Shown here in pieces: positions 37,005 through 50,085 of a DNA stretch of 59,245 nucleotides. How positions within the stretch are numbered: position 1 is the stretch's first letter; every line of letters begins with the position of its first letter. Under the pieces are notes generated by a model. That model was not told the DNA's origin and did no database searches. It was given only the letters and a program-made list of their open reading frames with translations. Origin of the DNA: Octopus sinensis (lineage: Eukaryota). Location of the stretch: NCBI RefSeq assembly GCF_006345805.1, contig NW_021833098.1:1-59245 (forward strand), written 5' to 3'. The translations under genes and the position numbers were made by a program.

Positions 37005-38070
37005 CCTCCTGCTTCCATTTCCTGAGCGCCTATTAATAATAATACTGTAATTGTTCCATTGTTGTTGTTTTTTTGTTTTCCCGTTTGGATTAAAATATAT
37101 ATATATATATATATATATATAATACATTCAAGTCAGCTTGAATCTTGCTTGCTTAACAAAGAGCTGGCGCATAAAGGGAAAATACTATGAATTAAATTCA
37201 CTCTGAAATGTAAATACGAAGAGAATGAAACAAGTTTCGCGTAAATCGGATAAGTGGTGGTGTAGATATTACTGGTCTTCGGGGGTATAAATAACCAAAA
37301 CGGTGCATAATGGTAAAATTCACCGAAATTAACTTACTTCTGCAAGGGAAGTAACTCTTACCTTTCGATTAGACATAGTAACTCGACAACGAAAAAATAC
37401 GATTTATTTTTTACAGTAAATTCTATTTTTGTTTTTGTTAAGCACAATATTTTAATCATTTAGAAATATTTTTAAGTGAATGTGATTTCAAAAATGTAAG
37501 TTGCTTGCACAATAGGTATTTATATTTTAGCTGTCTTTAAATAGACAATATTTTAATGTTTTTAAAATTATTTTCAAGTGAATACCATTATTAAAAAAAA
37601 ATATTTCAAAGTAAAAATGACTAAAAATGCGTTAAATATTTCGTAACCTCGGTGTGAAATAATATTTTTCTGAAGGTTTTTTCGAGTGCATTCAACGTAT
37701 CACACCTCCAAAGATTTGGCTGCTATTTCTAGAACACCCCGCTACCACGTAACAGCTATTTGCGATAAAGGACCTGACCTGAAATACGTGTTACGTGGCA
37801 GCAGGGCGTGCAAGAAATAGCAGACAAATCTTTCCTTTTCCGGAGAAAGGAGCGTTTAAGTATGATTTTTATGTCACATTCGTTGAAAGCATGCGAAATA
37901 ACCTGGAAAAGAAAAAATTACGAAACAAAACTCCGTTGCTAGGAAACTCAGAGTTTCCCGGTGTCCCAAAGAGTCACGGGTAGTCTAGTCTAGTATAATA
38001 TATATATATATATATATATATATCGAGAAAAACAACATTTTAAATCTTTGAGCGAGAGTAACAGTACCAG

Positions 38071-38279
38071 ATAGTAATGTTTATATGCCAACATAACGTG
38101 GCAGTCATGTAAAGGACGATGTAACTGTTGTTTTTGCCACAGGAAAATATCTTTTCCAGCTGGCTAACGACAAGCAGTCTGTGTGTCGTTAGCCAGCAGG
38201 AAAAGATATTTTCTTGGGCTAAAAAACAGTAACACCGTTACAGGACTGCCACGTTATGTTGGCATATAAATATTACTAT
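38071..38279. mobile_element. fold-back (hairpin) element, MITE-like
   Basis: ATAGTAATGTTTATATGCCAACATAACGTGGCAGTC pairs with GACTGCCACGTTATGTTGGCATATAAATATTACTAT; inner GCTGGCTAACGACA / TGTCGTTAGCCAGC around an 11-nt loop. Confidence 0.8.
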
Positions 38280-38344
38280 ATATACTGCCTTAAAAACCTT
38301 AAAAAATATTAAACACATTCATTTCTACAATAGACACAAGTCCA

Positions 38345-38527
38345 CAGATATTGCGAGAGCGGACAAGTCGATTACATTAGCCCCAGTGCCCAACTGGTAC
38401 TTATTTCATCGACCCTGAAAGGGATGAAATGCAAAGTAAACTTCAGCGAAATTCGAACGTAAAGACGGACGAAATAACGCTAAACGTCTTGCCTGGCGTG
38501 CAAACGATTCTGCCAGCTTGCCGCCCT
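38345..38527 (-). mobile_element. SINE family B
   Basis: CCCCAGTGCCCAACTGGTACTTATTTCATCGACCCTGAAAGGGATGAAA ... AACGATTCTGCCAGCTTGCCGCC. Confidence 0.8.
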
Positions 38528-39486
38528 AAGACTCATTATGACATTAGCCAATGAGTAATAGTGCTTTTACGTCACGACCTAGAAATAACAGCCAAATAGC
38601 CATTCATTCGCGTGCAACGAAGGGCGCATTAATAATGTAGTTTTTTACATATACCTAAAAAATTTACTGGATAGTCATGACTGGAGTGCAGAGTGCCTTT
38701 GATCATTTTCTTGCTTGATTAAGACTGAACGCAAGCAAGGCCGTTTGGTTAAAACGTTCGCATCTCAGCCAAGAAGTCCTGGGTTCGATCAGACTGATAG
38801 ACATGTTGAGCAAGTATCTTTACCAGCACATCGGATTGACTCTTGCTTCGTGAATGAATTTGAGTAAATGGAAATAGTGTGGTATAGCCCAAGAGATGGA
38901 TTGAACCTGGAATCCAAAGGTTTGGTTTTGTTATGTTTTTGTGTAATGCTGGTTCGGTTTGAGAATTACGGTAAAAAGAATATATGTAGCGGCTCAGATC
39001 TCACTCATTTCTCACGTTGATTTTTAACAAGATGGATATTCAGTAAATCGGAGAAGTGCATAGACATCGTCGAGTGTGAGTAAGGATCCATGAGGATTGA
39101 GCGAGGACTAAAAAACCTAGCCAACAACAACAAGAGCGACAACGACAAGAAGAAAAGCTAAAACAACAACTACGGCAACAACAATAAACAAAAGCAACAA
39201 ACAAGAAAGAAAACAAATAATTGAAAAAAAAATAATAAAGTAAAAATAAAAAATATGCGAAATAAGAAATAAAGAGAAGACATTCGAAATGAAGCTAAAA
39301 TCAATAACAATAAAACGGACCTACAAAAACAACACACAAACAATAGGCTATACATTTATTATGTGTGTAATAACAAAATCAATTGTTCGCAATCTTGGAA
39401 ATGTCATTCTATTGTCATTAATTCCACGAGAACGTCTTGCCACACGCAGCCATTTTGTTCCGTCCCTCCATCTCTGTCTCTGTCTT

Positions 39487-39526
<40 letters not shown>

Positions 39527-39959
39527 GGCACAATTTGAACTCAGAACGTAACGACGAACAAAATACTGCTAAGCACTTCGCCAAGCGCGGTTACAATTAT
39601 GCTAACTCACAGCCTTACGCACACGAAATATAAAAAAAAAGACGAAAAAAATATAAACAAAGCTAGAAGCATAAACACATACATGCGTTCTAATTTCCGC
39701 CATGTTACCGTTTCCATTATTACACCATATTATTATTCCTCAAAATCCTCTGAGCCCTTCTTTCTTGTTTCCTCTCATTCCCTGAACTAATCGTCATTGT
39801 GTCATAGAAGCACTGGTTTTACTGTTTCTGTGTCTCAAGGCGCCCAGGGCTAATAACTGTGTTGTGTGTATGTGTTCGGTAACTGTACTCTGTCTCTCTG
39901 CTTGTCTATTTGTATGTATGTCTATCGATATATCCGTACAACCTTATAACTATCTGTCC

Positions 39960-40063
<104 letters not shown>

Positions 40064-40132
40064 GTCTGTCTGTCTGTCTGTCTGCCTGTCTGCCTGCCTG
40101 TCTGCCTGTCTGCGTGTCTGTCTGTTTGTCTG

Positions 40133-40267
<135 letters not shown>

Positions 40268-40290
40268 GTGCATGTGTGTGTGTGTGTGCG

Positions 40291-40327
<37 letters not shown>

Positions 40328-40383
40328 GGATGTGTGTTTTAATGTCGATATCTGTGTGTGGATGTGTGTGAGTATGCGTGTAA

Positions 40384-40419
<36 letters not shown>

Positions 40420-41174
40420 GTTACATCTATCTACGTATATATCTATCAAGATATCTGTCTAGGCATACGAATATATATATGCTTGCATAAATGTATGTGT
40501 ATGTGCATATGTGCAACGTACGTACATACATACATACATACGTACATACATACATACATACATACATACATAATTACATATACCGTGATAAAAGGATCCA
40601 TCGACGACGTCAGCAGCAACAGAAGCAACTACCACCGTCACCACTACTAATACTACCTCCACCACCAACAACAACAACAGGAGGAGCAGTAGCAATAACC
40701 GTAGCAGCAGCAGCAGCACTAGTTCCTGAAACATTGTAACGTAGAGAACAAAATTGAATCACAACGAAACGTTAAAGAAAGAAAAAGGCGGGGACTCGTA
40801 CGGTAAGAGCTAACAAAACGAAGCACGCCATCTTAACAAGATTACGACGTCCATTTTCTCCTCGTTTATTTGTTATCGAAACTCATATTAGAAAAGAATA
40901 AGATTCATTGAAAACGTTTCTCTTCCTCTACCTACACCTCTACGTTCTTTCCCACTCCTTGTTTTTTTCCTTTTCTTCTCTCTTTTCGTGCACAAACTTG
41001 TGTCTCTTTCAATCTCATCTTCTTTTTCCCCCCTCTTTTCACTTCTGTTAATACGTTTACGTTTTTGTCCAACTTTCGTTGATGCCAATATACATCTGTT
41101 CGAGTCACTCTCATCTGTTTTCATTCATTTATTTATTCATCATTCTTTCATTGTCTTCTTCCTTTCTTTCCTAG

Positions 41175-41205
<31 letters not shown>

Positions 41206-41843
41206 TCCGACTTTTATTGTTTTTTTTCTTCATTGTCAAATTATTTCTCTTACCTACTTTATCTTTCTTCAATATGTAATCTCTCTCTCTCTCTCTTTCC
41301 CCTCTCTCTCTCCCTTGCTTTTCTCCCTCCTCTCCCTCCTATTTCTCCTCTTTCTCTCTCTCTCGTTTCGGTTTTTAATTCCCTCGCTCTCTCTTACTCA
41401 TTCCTTTTCTTTCACTTCCTTTCTTCTCATATTTCCTCTCACTTCACGCACACGAATTCTTACTCTCACTCTCTCTCTCCCCTATCTCTCTCACTCTCTC
41501 TCACCCTCTCTCCCCTTCTTCTCCCTCACTCTCTCCCTCCTGAATTTGACTGCCTACGCTCTGTTACATCATCATCATCATGACCACCATCACCATCATC
41601 ATCATGACCCCCACCATCGATAGAACGGTTCTGTCTGGTACTGTACGACCCCCAGTCTTATAGTATTATTATCCTCAAAAGGCTGAATCAATATATCGTC
41701 CACTCAGTACCACAGTATAATTAATATATCAGCCCAGACTTGACTATCAACACAGTTTACACCTACTCTCGACCTTTCGACCTTCCTCTGTCGACCGGCT
41801 ACTAGTCTATTTATAATGGAATACTGTGCTTTATATGTATATA

Positions 41844-42391
41844 TACGACGGAGTACTGAGAAGTTCCCAGCTTGGGATAAGAGAAAATACAGGATGATCA
41901 ATTAATTCTGGTTTTATTCAATATATGTGAAGGCGCATAGTTCAGTGGTTATAGCGTCGAGCTTACGATTGTGTGATTGTGAGTTCGATTTCCGGACCGG
42001 GCTGCGTGTTGTGTTCTTGAGCAAGACACTTTATTTCACGTTGCTCCAGTTCACTCGGCTGTAGAAATGAGTTGTGACGTCACAGGTGTTAAGCTGTAAC
42101 GGCCCCTTTGCGTTTTCCTTGGATAACTTCAGTGGCGTGGAGAGGAGGGGGCTGGTATGCATGGGCGACTGCTGGCCTTTCACAAACAGCCTTACCCGGA
42201 TTTGTGCTTGGGAGGGTAACTTTCTAGATGCTATTCCATGGTCAGTCATGACCGAAGGGGGTCTCAGCAGTATTCAATATATCCCCTTCTCAGATTTACA
42301 CAATTATTTTGGCAGAAATTAAGAATTTTGGGCTTCCAGCCAGGCCTTTCGTGATACCTTTAAAGCCAGGAATTTTCCAGCATCCCTTGTA
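41844..42391. mobile_element. mariner-derived MITE interrupted by a SINE
   Basis: Left TACGACGGAGTACTGAGAAGTTCCCAGCTT versus reverse-complemented right end TACAAGGGATGCTGGAAAATTCCTGGCTTT; mariner-type 3' GGGGATATATTGAATA on the minus strand. Confidence 0.75.
41927..42270 (+). mobile_element. tRNA-derived CORE-like SINE (family D) with 12-bp TSD
   Basis: A box TAGTTCAGTGG, B box GAGTTCGATTTCC, CORE-like TGTGTTCTTGAGCAAGACACTTTATTTC...CTGTAGAAATGAG; TSD TATTCAATATAT at 41915-41926 and 42271-42282. Confidence 0.88.
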
Positions 42392-43786
42392 CATGAAGTA
42401 AAATGATGTTAGTGAATGTATATGAAATATGTAGGTGGTCCTTACCAAACTTACCCAAGGTGCCACGCAGCAGGACTGAACCAGGAACCATGTGTGTTGG
42501 ATCAAACTTGTTACGATACAGCCATGCCTGTACCTGCTTATAAAAAAGGAAGAAATTGAGAGAGAGGTAGGCAAGAAAAGTGGAGGAGATCAAGTTAGAG
42601 AAACAGCAGTTGGAAGACATAAAGGGTTAAAGTGTAACGCAGAGACAGGGAGAGATACAGACAAATAGAAAATGAGAGAGAGAGAGAGAATGAGAGAGAG
42701 AGACAATGAGAGAGAGAGAGACAGACAGACAGACAGAAGACAAGGAGAGACAGATAGAGACAGAGATAGAGAGTGAGAGATAAAGACAGAGACAGACTGA
42801 GAAAGAGACATAGACAGAAAAAATAACAGAGACAGACAGACAGACAATCAAACAATGAGAGAGAGAGAGAAAGAGAGAGACAGATAATGAAAGAGAGAGA
42901 GAGAGTGAGAGATAAAGACAGAAACAGAGAGAGAGAGAGAGAGAGTGTGTGAGAGAGATAAAGACATAGACAGACTCAGAAAGAGACAGAGAGACAGAGA
43001 AAAAGTAACAGAGACAGATAGACAACCAAACAACGAAAGGGAGAGAGGGAGAGAGAGACAGACAGACAATGAAAGAGAGGGAGAGAGTGAGAGATAAAGA
43101 CAGAGAGAAACATCGACAGACAATTAAACAATGAGAGAGAGGGAGAGAGAGAGAGGCATTGACAGTGAGAGTGGATGGCTTGAGATGCGATTATTTAGCA
43201 GGGAGACTGAAGGAAAATATCTAGACAGATGGAGTGACAGAAGTCAGGCATTCGCGGAGAGTAATCTGCCAGCAAGATTTTTATATCCCAGCCCCAATCC
43301 CTGTAACCCCGTTTTCGGATGTTGATAGAGAGAGAATGAAATTCTTGTGAGCTGATCCAATTATACTTCGTTAATCCGGTCAAACTAAACGAAGACAAAC
43401 CTAGCCAGGCTTGACAAGCCGAGCCAAGCCAAACCTGGCATGCCGTGTCTCTAAACAAGACAAGCCAAGAAAAACCAAGAAAAAGCCAAGCGCCATTTTT
43501 TTTCTCCTTTCTACGGAAAGCAACTAGAAAGGAGGCTAGCTCGTATTTACTTTGAAGCTAGCTAACTTATTAAAGTTGCCTTTAGTTAGCTTACCTAGTT
43601 AGTGTTTTACCTAAGCTATGATGAGATTGTTAGTTAGCTAGCCTGTTAGCTAACTAGTAATTTCGATGGATGAATATGTAGCGCATTTGTTAAATTGGAA
43701 GCCAGCAGACTATCTAACAAGTTAGTAGGGCAGCGAACTAAATGTTGTGAGAGTCAGCTTAGATTTAAGAATTATATCGCTGTGTG

Positions 43787-44120
43787 TGGAGACGCAATAG
43801 CTCAGTGGTTAGGGCACTGAACTCGCGGGCGTAGGATCACGGTTTCGATTCCCTGATCGGGCGTTGCGAGTGTTTATTGAGCAAAGACATCTAAAGCTCC
43901 ACGAAGCTCCGGCAGTGGGTGGTGGCGAAACCTGCTGTACTTTTTCACCACAAGTTTCTCGCACAGTTTTTTCCTGTTTCTGTTGTACTTTTATTTCAAA
44001 GGGCCAGCCTTGTCACACTCTATGTCACGCTGAACCTCTGCGAGAACTACGGTAAGGGTACACGTGTCTGTGGAGTGCTCAGCCACTTACACGTTAATTT
44101 CACGAGCAGGCTGTTACCTC
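43787..44120 (+). mobile_element. SINE family C, 3'-truncated
   Basis: GTGGAGACGCAATAGCTCAGTGGTTAGGGC ... GGTTTCGATTCC; collinear with 22436-22795. Confidence 0.85.
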
Positions 44121-44134
44121 GACACCACTTCTCA

Positions 44135-44275
44135 ACTGATACTTATTTTACTCCCCACCACCGAAAAGATGTAAGGCAAAGTCGACCTCGGCTTAATTTG
44201 AAGTCACAACGTGAAGACAGAGGAAATCCCGTAAAGCATTTCGTCCAACGTTCTAACGATCCAGCCAGCTCACTG
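44135..44275 (-). mobile_element. SINE family B, degenerate
   Basis: GGCAAAGTCGACCTCGGCTTAATTTGAAGTCACAACGTGAAGAC ... AACGATCCAGCCAGCTC. Confidence 0.75.
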
Positions 44276-44293
44276 TCTTTTATAATAATAATG

Positions 44294-44365
<72 letters not shown>

Positions 44366-44374
44366 TTAATAATG

Positions 44375-44475
<101 letters not shown>

Positions 44476-44488
44476 TATTATTATTATT

Positions 44489-45045
44489 GAGTGAGAGAGC
44501 AGTTCATGCCATCAAAGTGACACTGGGGTAAAATATACGAAGCCCAATATACCCATCATGACTACCCGTCTGATAAAGGTACACCAGGCACATGCATCAC
44601 AACCATATGTGCACGCCATGGTGATCTCATATCAAGATAAACAGCACATGACCTTGCAGGTGGGGCCCAGTTAGAATTTTCTTCAGGTTGAGTAGCCCAT
44701 CCCGCTCAAACGGTCCCTGAATAAGGGTTGTTTAAGGATGTTGAAAGAAACACCCATGTTTCCAGAGGTGAACTATTCAAACCCCAAAGAATCCCTCTCA
44801 ACACATGGCTATGATGCTCCCCCACTACTTCTGCTCGTGATCAGAGATGCACATATCGTCAGCCACTAAGGGACATGCTCAACTGGTTAAGGTCAAACAA
44901 CTGACAAGCAAATCTGTGGTATTGAGCAGAATATTTGCTGTAGCCCATCTTTTATACCAAGACAAAACAATGTACATGATAACACTTCCAATCAGTTAAG
45001 ATCAGAAGCCATGAGAGCCACTGCCTGGTACTGCATCAGGGCATT
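44489..45045 (-). mobile_element. about 560 bp non-coding element embedded in (TAA)n; probable R4/Dong-related 3' UTR or derivative
   Basis: Complex sequence with sharp boundaries into (TTA)n on both sides. Family assignment is inferred only from the (TAA)n target/tail. Confidence 0.55.
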
Positions 45046-45068
45046 TATTATTATTATTATTATTATTA

Positions 45069-45102
<34 letters not shown>

Positions 45103-45111
45103 CATTATTAA

Positions 45112-45155
<44 letters not shown>

Positions 45156-45159
45156 TATA

Positions 45160-45393
45160 ATCCTTTCTATCATAGACACAAGGCCTGAAATATTTGGAGA
45201 TGGGGCTAGTCGAGTAAATCGACCCCAGTGTTTCACTGGTACTTAATTTTTCGACCATGAAGGCTGAAAGGCAAAGTCGCGGAATTTGAACTCAGAACGT
45301 GAAGACGGACGAAATGCCGCTAAGCATTTCGTCCGGCATTCTAACGATTCAGCCAGCTCGCGCTTTAATAATAATAATAATAATAATAACAAT

Positions 45394-45440
<47 letters not shown>

Positions 45441-45843
45441 AAACAACAACAACAAGGGCAGCCATTTTGTGAGAGGGGATGAGTCGATTACATCGATCCC
45501 AATGTTCAACTAGTACTTATTTCATCGACCCCGAAGGGATGAAAGGCGAAGTCAACCATAGCGGAATTTGAACTCAGAGCATAAAGACGGGCGAAAACCT
45601 GCTAAGCATTTTGTCCGGCATGCTAACGATTGTGCCAGCTCAACGCCTTTTCTACTATAGGCACAAGGCCTGAATTTTTTTGGAGAGGTGGCTAGTCGAG
45701 TAGATCGACCCCAGTGTACGTAATTTCTCGACCATGAAAGGTTGAAAGGCACAGTCGCGGTATTTGAACTCAGAACTTGAAGACGGACTAAATGCCGCTA
45801 GGCATTTCGTCCGGCGTGCTAACGATTCTGCCAGCTCGCCACT
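45160..45843 (-). mobile_element. three consecutive SINE family B copies separated by (AAT)/(AAC) tracts
   Basis: Core GAAAGGCAAAGTC..GGAATTTGAACTCAGAAC at about 45270, 45545 and 45750. Confidence 0.85.
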
Positions 45844-46928
45844 TCGGTGGCATGTAATTAATGTTAATAGCAGTGTAGCAGTGTACATAAGTGGTGGTGG
45901 AAGTGTAGGAGCTGTAGAAGAAGAGTGTGTTGGTGGTTGTGGTGGTTAGCAGTGTGAATGCATAGAAGTTGTATGGTGGGGCACAGATGGTTGAAGTGAC
46001 GGATGATTGAGGTGGTGTTTGTGTGGTGGCAACGGTGGTGTTGATAGTTGTGATGTTACTGGTGGTGGTGGTGGTGGCAGTAGTGGTGCAGGTGGTGGTA
46101 GTGGAGGTGGTGGTGATGATGATGATGATGATGATGATGAAAATGCTGGTGATGATGGTAGTGGTGGTGGTGGTGACAGCAGTGGTGGTTGTGATGGTAA
46201 TGGTAGTGGTGGTGGTGGATGTTGTAGTGGTGGAATTGGTGGTGGAATTAGAGGGAGAGTGGTGTCGTATACCACAAAAGAACATTCATACGGTTCATAA
46301 TGAGGTTGACATTTGATGGATCGATCGGAAAAAGAAATGTCGACACGGTCTGAAGACAGAGAGAGAGGGGGGGGAGAGACAGACAGACTGACAGACAAAT
46401 ACAGAGAGAGATAGAGAGAGACAGAGTGTGACAGAAGAGAGAAACAGAGAGACAGCGAGATGGAGAGAGATATAGAGAGAGAGGAGAAAGAGAGAGGAGA
46501 GAGGAGGAGAGACAGAGAGAGACATAAAGAGAGGCGGAGATAGGGAGGGACAGACAGACAGACAGACAGACAGAGGGGGATATGGGGAGAGGGAGAGAGG
46601 GGGAAGAGGAGACAGAGAAAAGTGAGAGACCGAGACAAAGAAAGATATAGAGTCGGAGAGAGAGAAAGAGTGACAGAGACAGAGAAACAGAGACAAACAG
46701 ACACAGTGAGAGCAGGGTGGGGGAATGAAAGCTGAAGGGTGTATATGGAAGAGTAACAAATATGGCCGCCTGTGAGCATGGTGGTATAGGCGCTGGTTCT
46801 ACAGTGGTTATGGCTGAGTGGTAGTGTCATTGCTGCTGCTGCAGTTTCTCCATGTGTTGCTGCCTATGGTGTAATGTGTAGTGACATAAATGTGTGTGCG
46901 GATGGAGATATACATGTGTGTGTGTGTT

Positions 46929-46998
<70 letters not shown>

Positions 46999-47010
46999 GT
47001 GTGTGGTGTG

Positions 47011-47065
<55 letters not shown>

Positions 47066-47109
47066 TGCGTGTGTGTGTGTGTGTGTTTGTGTGTGTGTTT
47101 GTGTGTGTA

Positions 47110-47305
47110 GTCAGTTCAAATAAACAATCATTTCAAAACAAGATTAAGGGACAACGAGAGGACGTGCACGAGAAATGGATTAGCTTGACGCTCGGTGAGA
47201 AGAGAGAGTTTGACGTTTCGAGCATAGCTCTTCGTCGGAAAGGAGAAAGGGAAAAATCCAATGGAAAAGAAATCGCCAACATCACACGTCTGTGGTTACA
47301 TTGCT
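47110..47305 (-). mobile_element. solo PLE-terminal fragment (third variant) with hammerhead motif
   Basis: Minus strand ttt-CCGACGA-A-GAGC tat GCTC-GAAA-CGTC^aaa (47208-47242), followed by CCGAGCGTC; flanked by (CA)n and a TA-rich tract. Confidence 0.7.
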
Positions 47306-47353
47306 AAAGTATATACATACATATATATAATAAAGTCTATACGTACATACATT

Positions 47354-47425
<72 letters not shown>

Positions 47426-47720
47426 TAATAATAATAATAATAACAATAATAAAATGACAACAAAAGAATGAGACCTTGATATTAGGTAAATAGAGGAGTT
47501 TATATATGCATAGTTTAGGACAGTCAGTTCTTAGTTGCGGCAATTGAAACTTTCAGTCCTATTGTGACAACTTACTGATTGTCCTAAACGATACATACAT
47601 ACATACATACATACACATAGACACACATATTTCATAACAGGAGATTGGTTTTTTTTTTGGCATAATTTATTCACCATTACACGTCTTTCATTTGCTAAGA
47701 GGCCTTACAAAATTGTACGT

Positions 47721-48467
47721 AGCGCTGGAGTGGTAGTGTGGTAAGAAGCTTGCTTACCAACCACATGGTTCGAGTTCTGCCCCACTGCTTGGAACCTTAG
47801 GCAAGTGTCTTTTACTATAGCCTCGGGCTATAGAAGAAGACGCTTGTAAGAGGAATGGATAGTCGGAAATTGAAAGAAGCCCGTTGTATATATATAAATA
47901 TATATGTATATGTGTGTGTCTGTGTGTGTTTGTGCGCCTGTGTTTGTCCCCCGAACATCTCTCGACAACCGATGTTGGTCTATTCATGTCCGCGTAACTC
48001 AGCGGTTCGGCAAAAAGAGGCCGATAGAATCATTATTAGGCTTACAAAAACTAAGTCCTGGGGTCGATTTGTTCGACTAAAAGGCAGTGCTCCAGCATCG
48101 CCGCAGTCAAATAACTGAAACAAGTAAAAGAATAAAAGAATATTGTAGAAAACATGTAAGTTATATGCTATTAGAAATAACTTGAGCACTGAAACACATA
48201 ATAATTGTCCAGTCTCCTGTTTTGATATAATTGCTCCACAGAACATATTTTCCAATATTTTCAACTCATAGGCTTGTCATCGTTTGACACCGATGTTGAT
48301 GTGTTTAGCGGCCGTAACTTAGCGGTTCAGCAAAATAGACCAATATAGTAATTACTAGGCTTACAAAGAACAAGTCCTGGGGTCTTTTTGTTCGACTAAA
48401 AGTGATGCTCCAGCATGGTCGAAGTCAAATTACTGAAACATGTAAAAGAATAAAAAATAAAAGAATA

Positions 48468-48507
<40 letters not shown>

Positions 48508-48680
48508 TACACGCACACATACACGACAGTCTAGTTTCAGTTACTGTCTACGAAATCCACTCACAAATATATGATCGGCCCTCGGCTACAGTAGAAGACA
48601 CTCAATGTGCCACACATTGAGACTGAACCCGGAACCTTCTGCTTGGGAAGCAAGATTCTTACCACACTGCCACGTAGCTT
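47721..48680. mobile_element. cluster of SINE family A pieces: full copy (+, 47721-48141), tail (+, 48272-48445), head (-, 48512-48680)
   Basis: Family A head, body and tail motifs read in each segment. Confidence 0.82.
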
Positions 48681-49169
48681 AAAGATGATATTGTTGCTAT
48701 TTCTAGCCGATGGAGCGATCATGTACAGGCGACGACGTCCCTACCTCTGGTTACATATGTGGATGACTTCAGAGGAAAGTCGAGTCGACGAAAGTGTTTA
48801 ATAGGAGGAGGAGGAGGAGGATGAAGAGTAAGGAGAGGCAGAGTGAGAGGAAAGAAAAACAAGGTGGTGGGAGGTTGTATGTTGACATTACGATGTGAAG
48901 CTGCATTGGAAGGGCCACAAGCATGCATTGCACATATACAAACACAAGCACCCATACATATTCACACACACGCACGCATTCATACACATACACGTACTGC
49001 GCGCGCGCGTGACATGTGTAAATACGTACAGAGAGCTTCTACGTGGTCTTTGAAGCTGCTAAAAATAACAGTGAAATTTTTGGAAAAAAAAAAGAAATGG
49101 CCAGAGTGGAACGCCGGCAGCAGTGGTAGTAGTAGTAGCAGCAGCAGTAGTAGTAGTAGTAGCAGCAGC

Positions 49170-49206
<37 letters not shown>

Positions 49207-49287
49207 TAGTAGTAGTAGTAGCAGTAGTAGTAGTAGTAGTAATAACAGAGGCAGCAGCAATAGTAGTAGTAGTAGTAATAATAATAA

Positions 49288-49320
<33 letters not shown>

Positions 49321-49321
49321 T

Positions 49322-49376
<55 letters not shown>

Positions 49377-49455
49377 AAAGTAATAGTAGTAGCAGTAGTA
49401 GTAGTAGTAATAACAGAGGCAGCAGCAATAGTAGTAGTAGTAGTAATAATAATAA

Positions 49456-49488
<33 letters not shown>

Positions 49489-49489
49489 T

Positions 49490-49521
<32 letters not shown>

Positions 49522-49735
49522 TAGTAGTAGTAAAAGTAATAGTAGTAGCAGTAGTAGTAGTAGTAATAACAGCAGCAGTAGTAGAAGTAGTAGTAGTAGT
49601 CGTAATTGTGGTGGTGTGACGGCGGCGGTTGTAGCTTTGATGGGCTGGTTCTTGTGTTCTTCATGCTGTGGTTGTTGTTGTTAGTGGTGGTGGTGGTAGT
49701 GGTGGCGGTGGAGATGGTATTAGTGACGTTGGCAA

Positions 49736-49774
<39 letters not shown>

Positions 49775-49937
49775 CAGGAGCAGAAGCTAGGTGATAGGGT
49801 GGTTCGAGTTTGTGTTGGTGGTGCTGGTAGTGGTAGTAGTGGTGGTAATGGTGGTCGTGTGTAGGAGACGATTAAAGTGTTAGCGGTGACAGTAACTTTA
49901 GGGAGCTGTCAACGTCGCGTTAAAAGCCCCAGTTGAT

Positions 49938-49989
<52 letters not shown>

Positions 49990-49991
49990 GC

Positions 49992-50085
<94 letters not shown>

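Larger units (their letters stand above)
32092..37095 (+). mobile_element. Penelope-like retroelement (probably Neptune type), 5'-truncated, about 5 kb including 3' region and terminal hammerhead
   Basis: RT and GIY-YIG coding region, continuous C-rich strand skew, terminal segment matching the solo copy at 25002-25170, ends in (TA)n. Confidence 0.75.

Noticed and set aside
41927-42000. tRNA genes at the SINE heads (also 43787, 57028)
   Set aside because: A and B boxes are present, but no complete cloverleaf, and each continues into a SINE body.
44985-45045. CTGATG at the minus-strand start of the (TAA)n-embedded element as a ribozyme core
   Set aside because: CTGATGCAG lacks GA at positions 8-9 and there is no downstream GAAA with a closing helix.
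46300-46325. TGACA next to TGATGGAT (Meis plus Pbx/Hox-like site)
   Set aside because: An 8-mer is expected about once or twice by chance in 59 kb; no other support.
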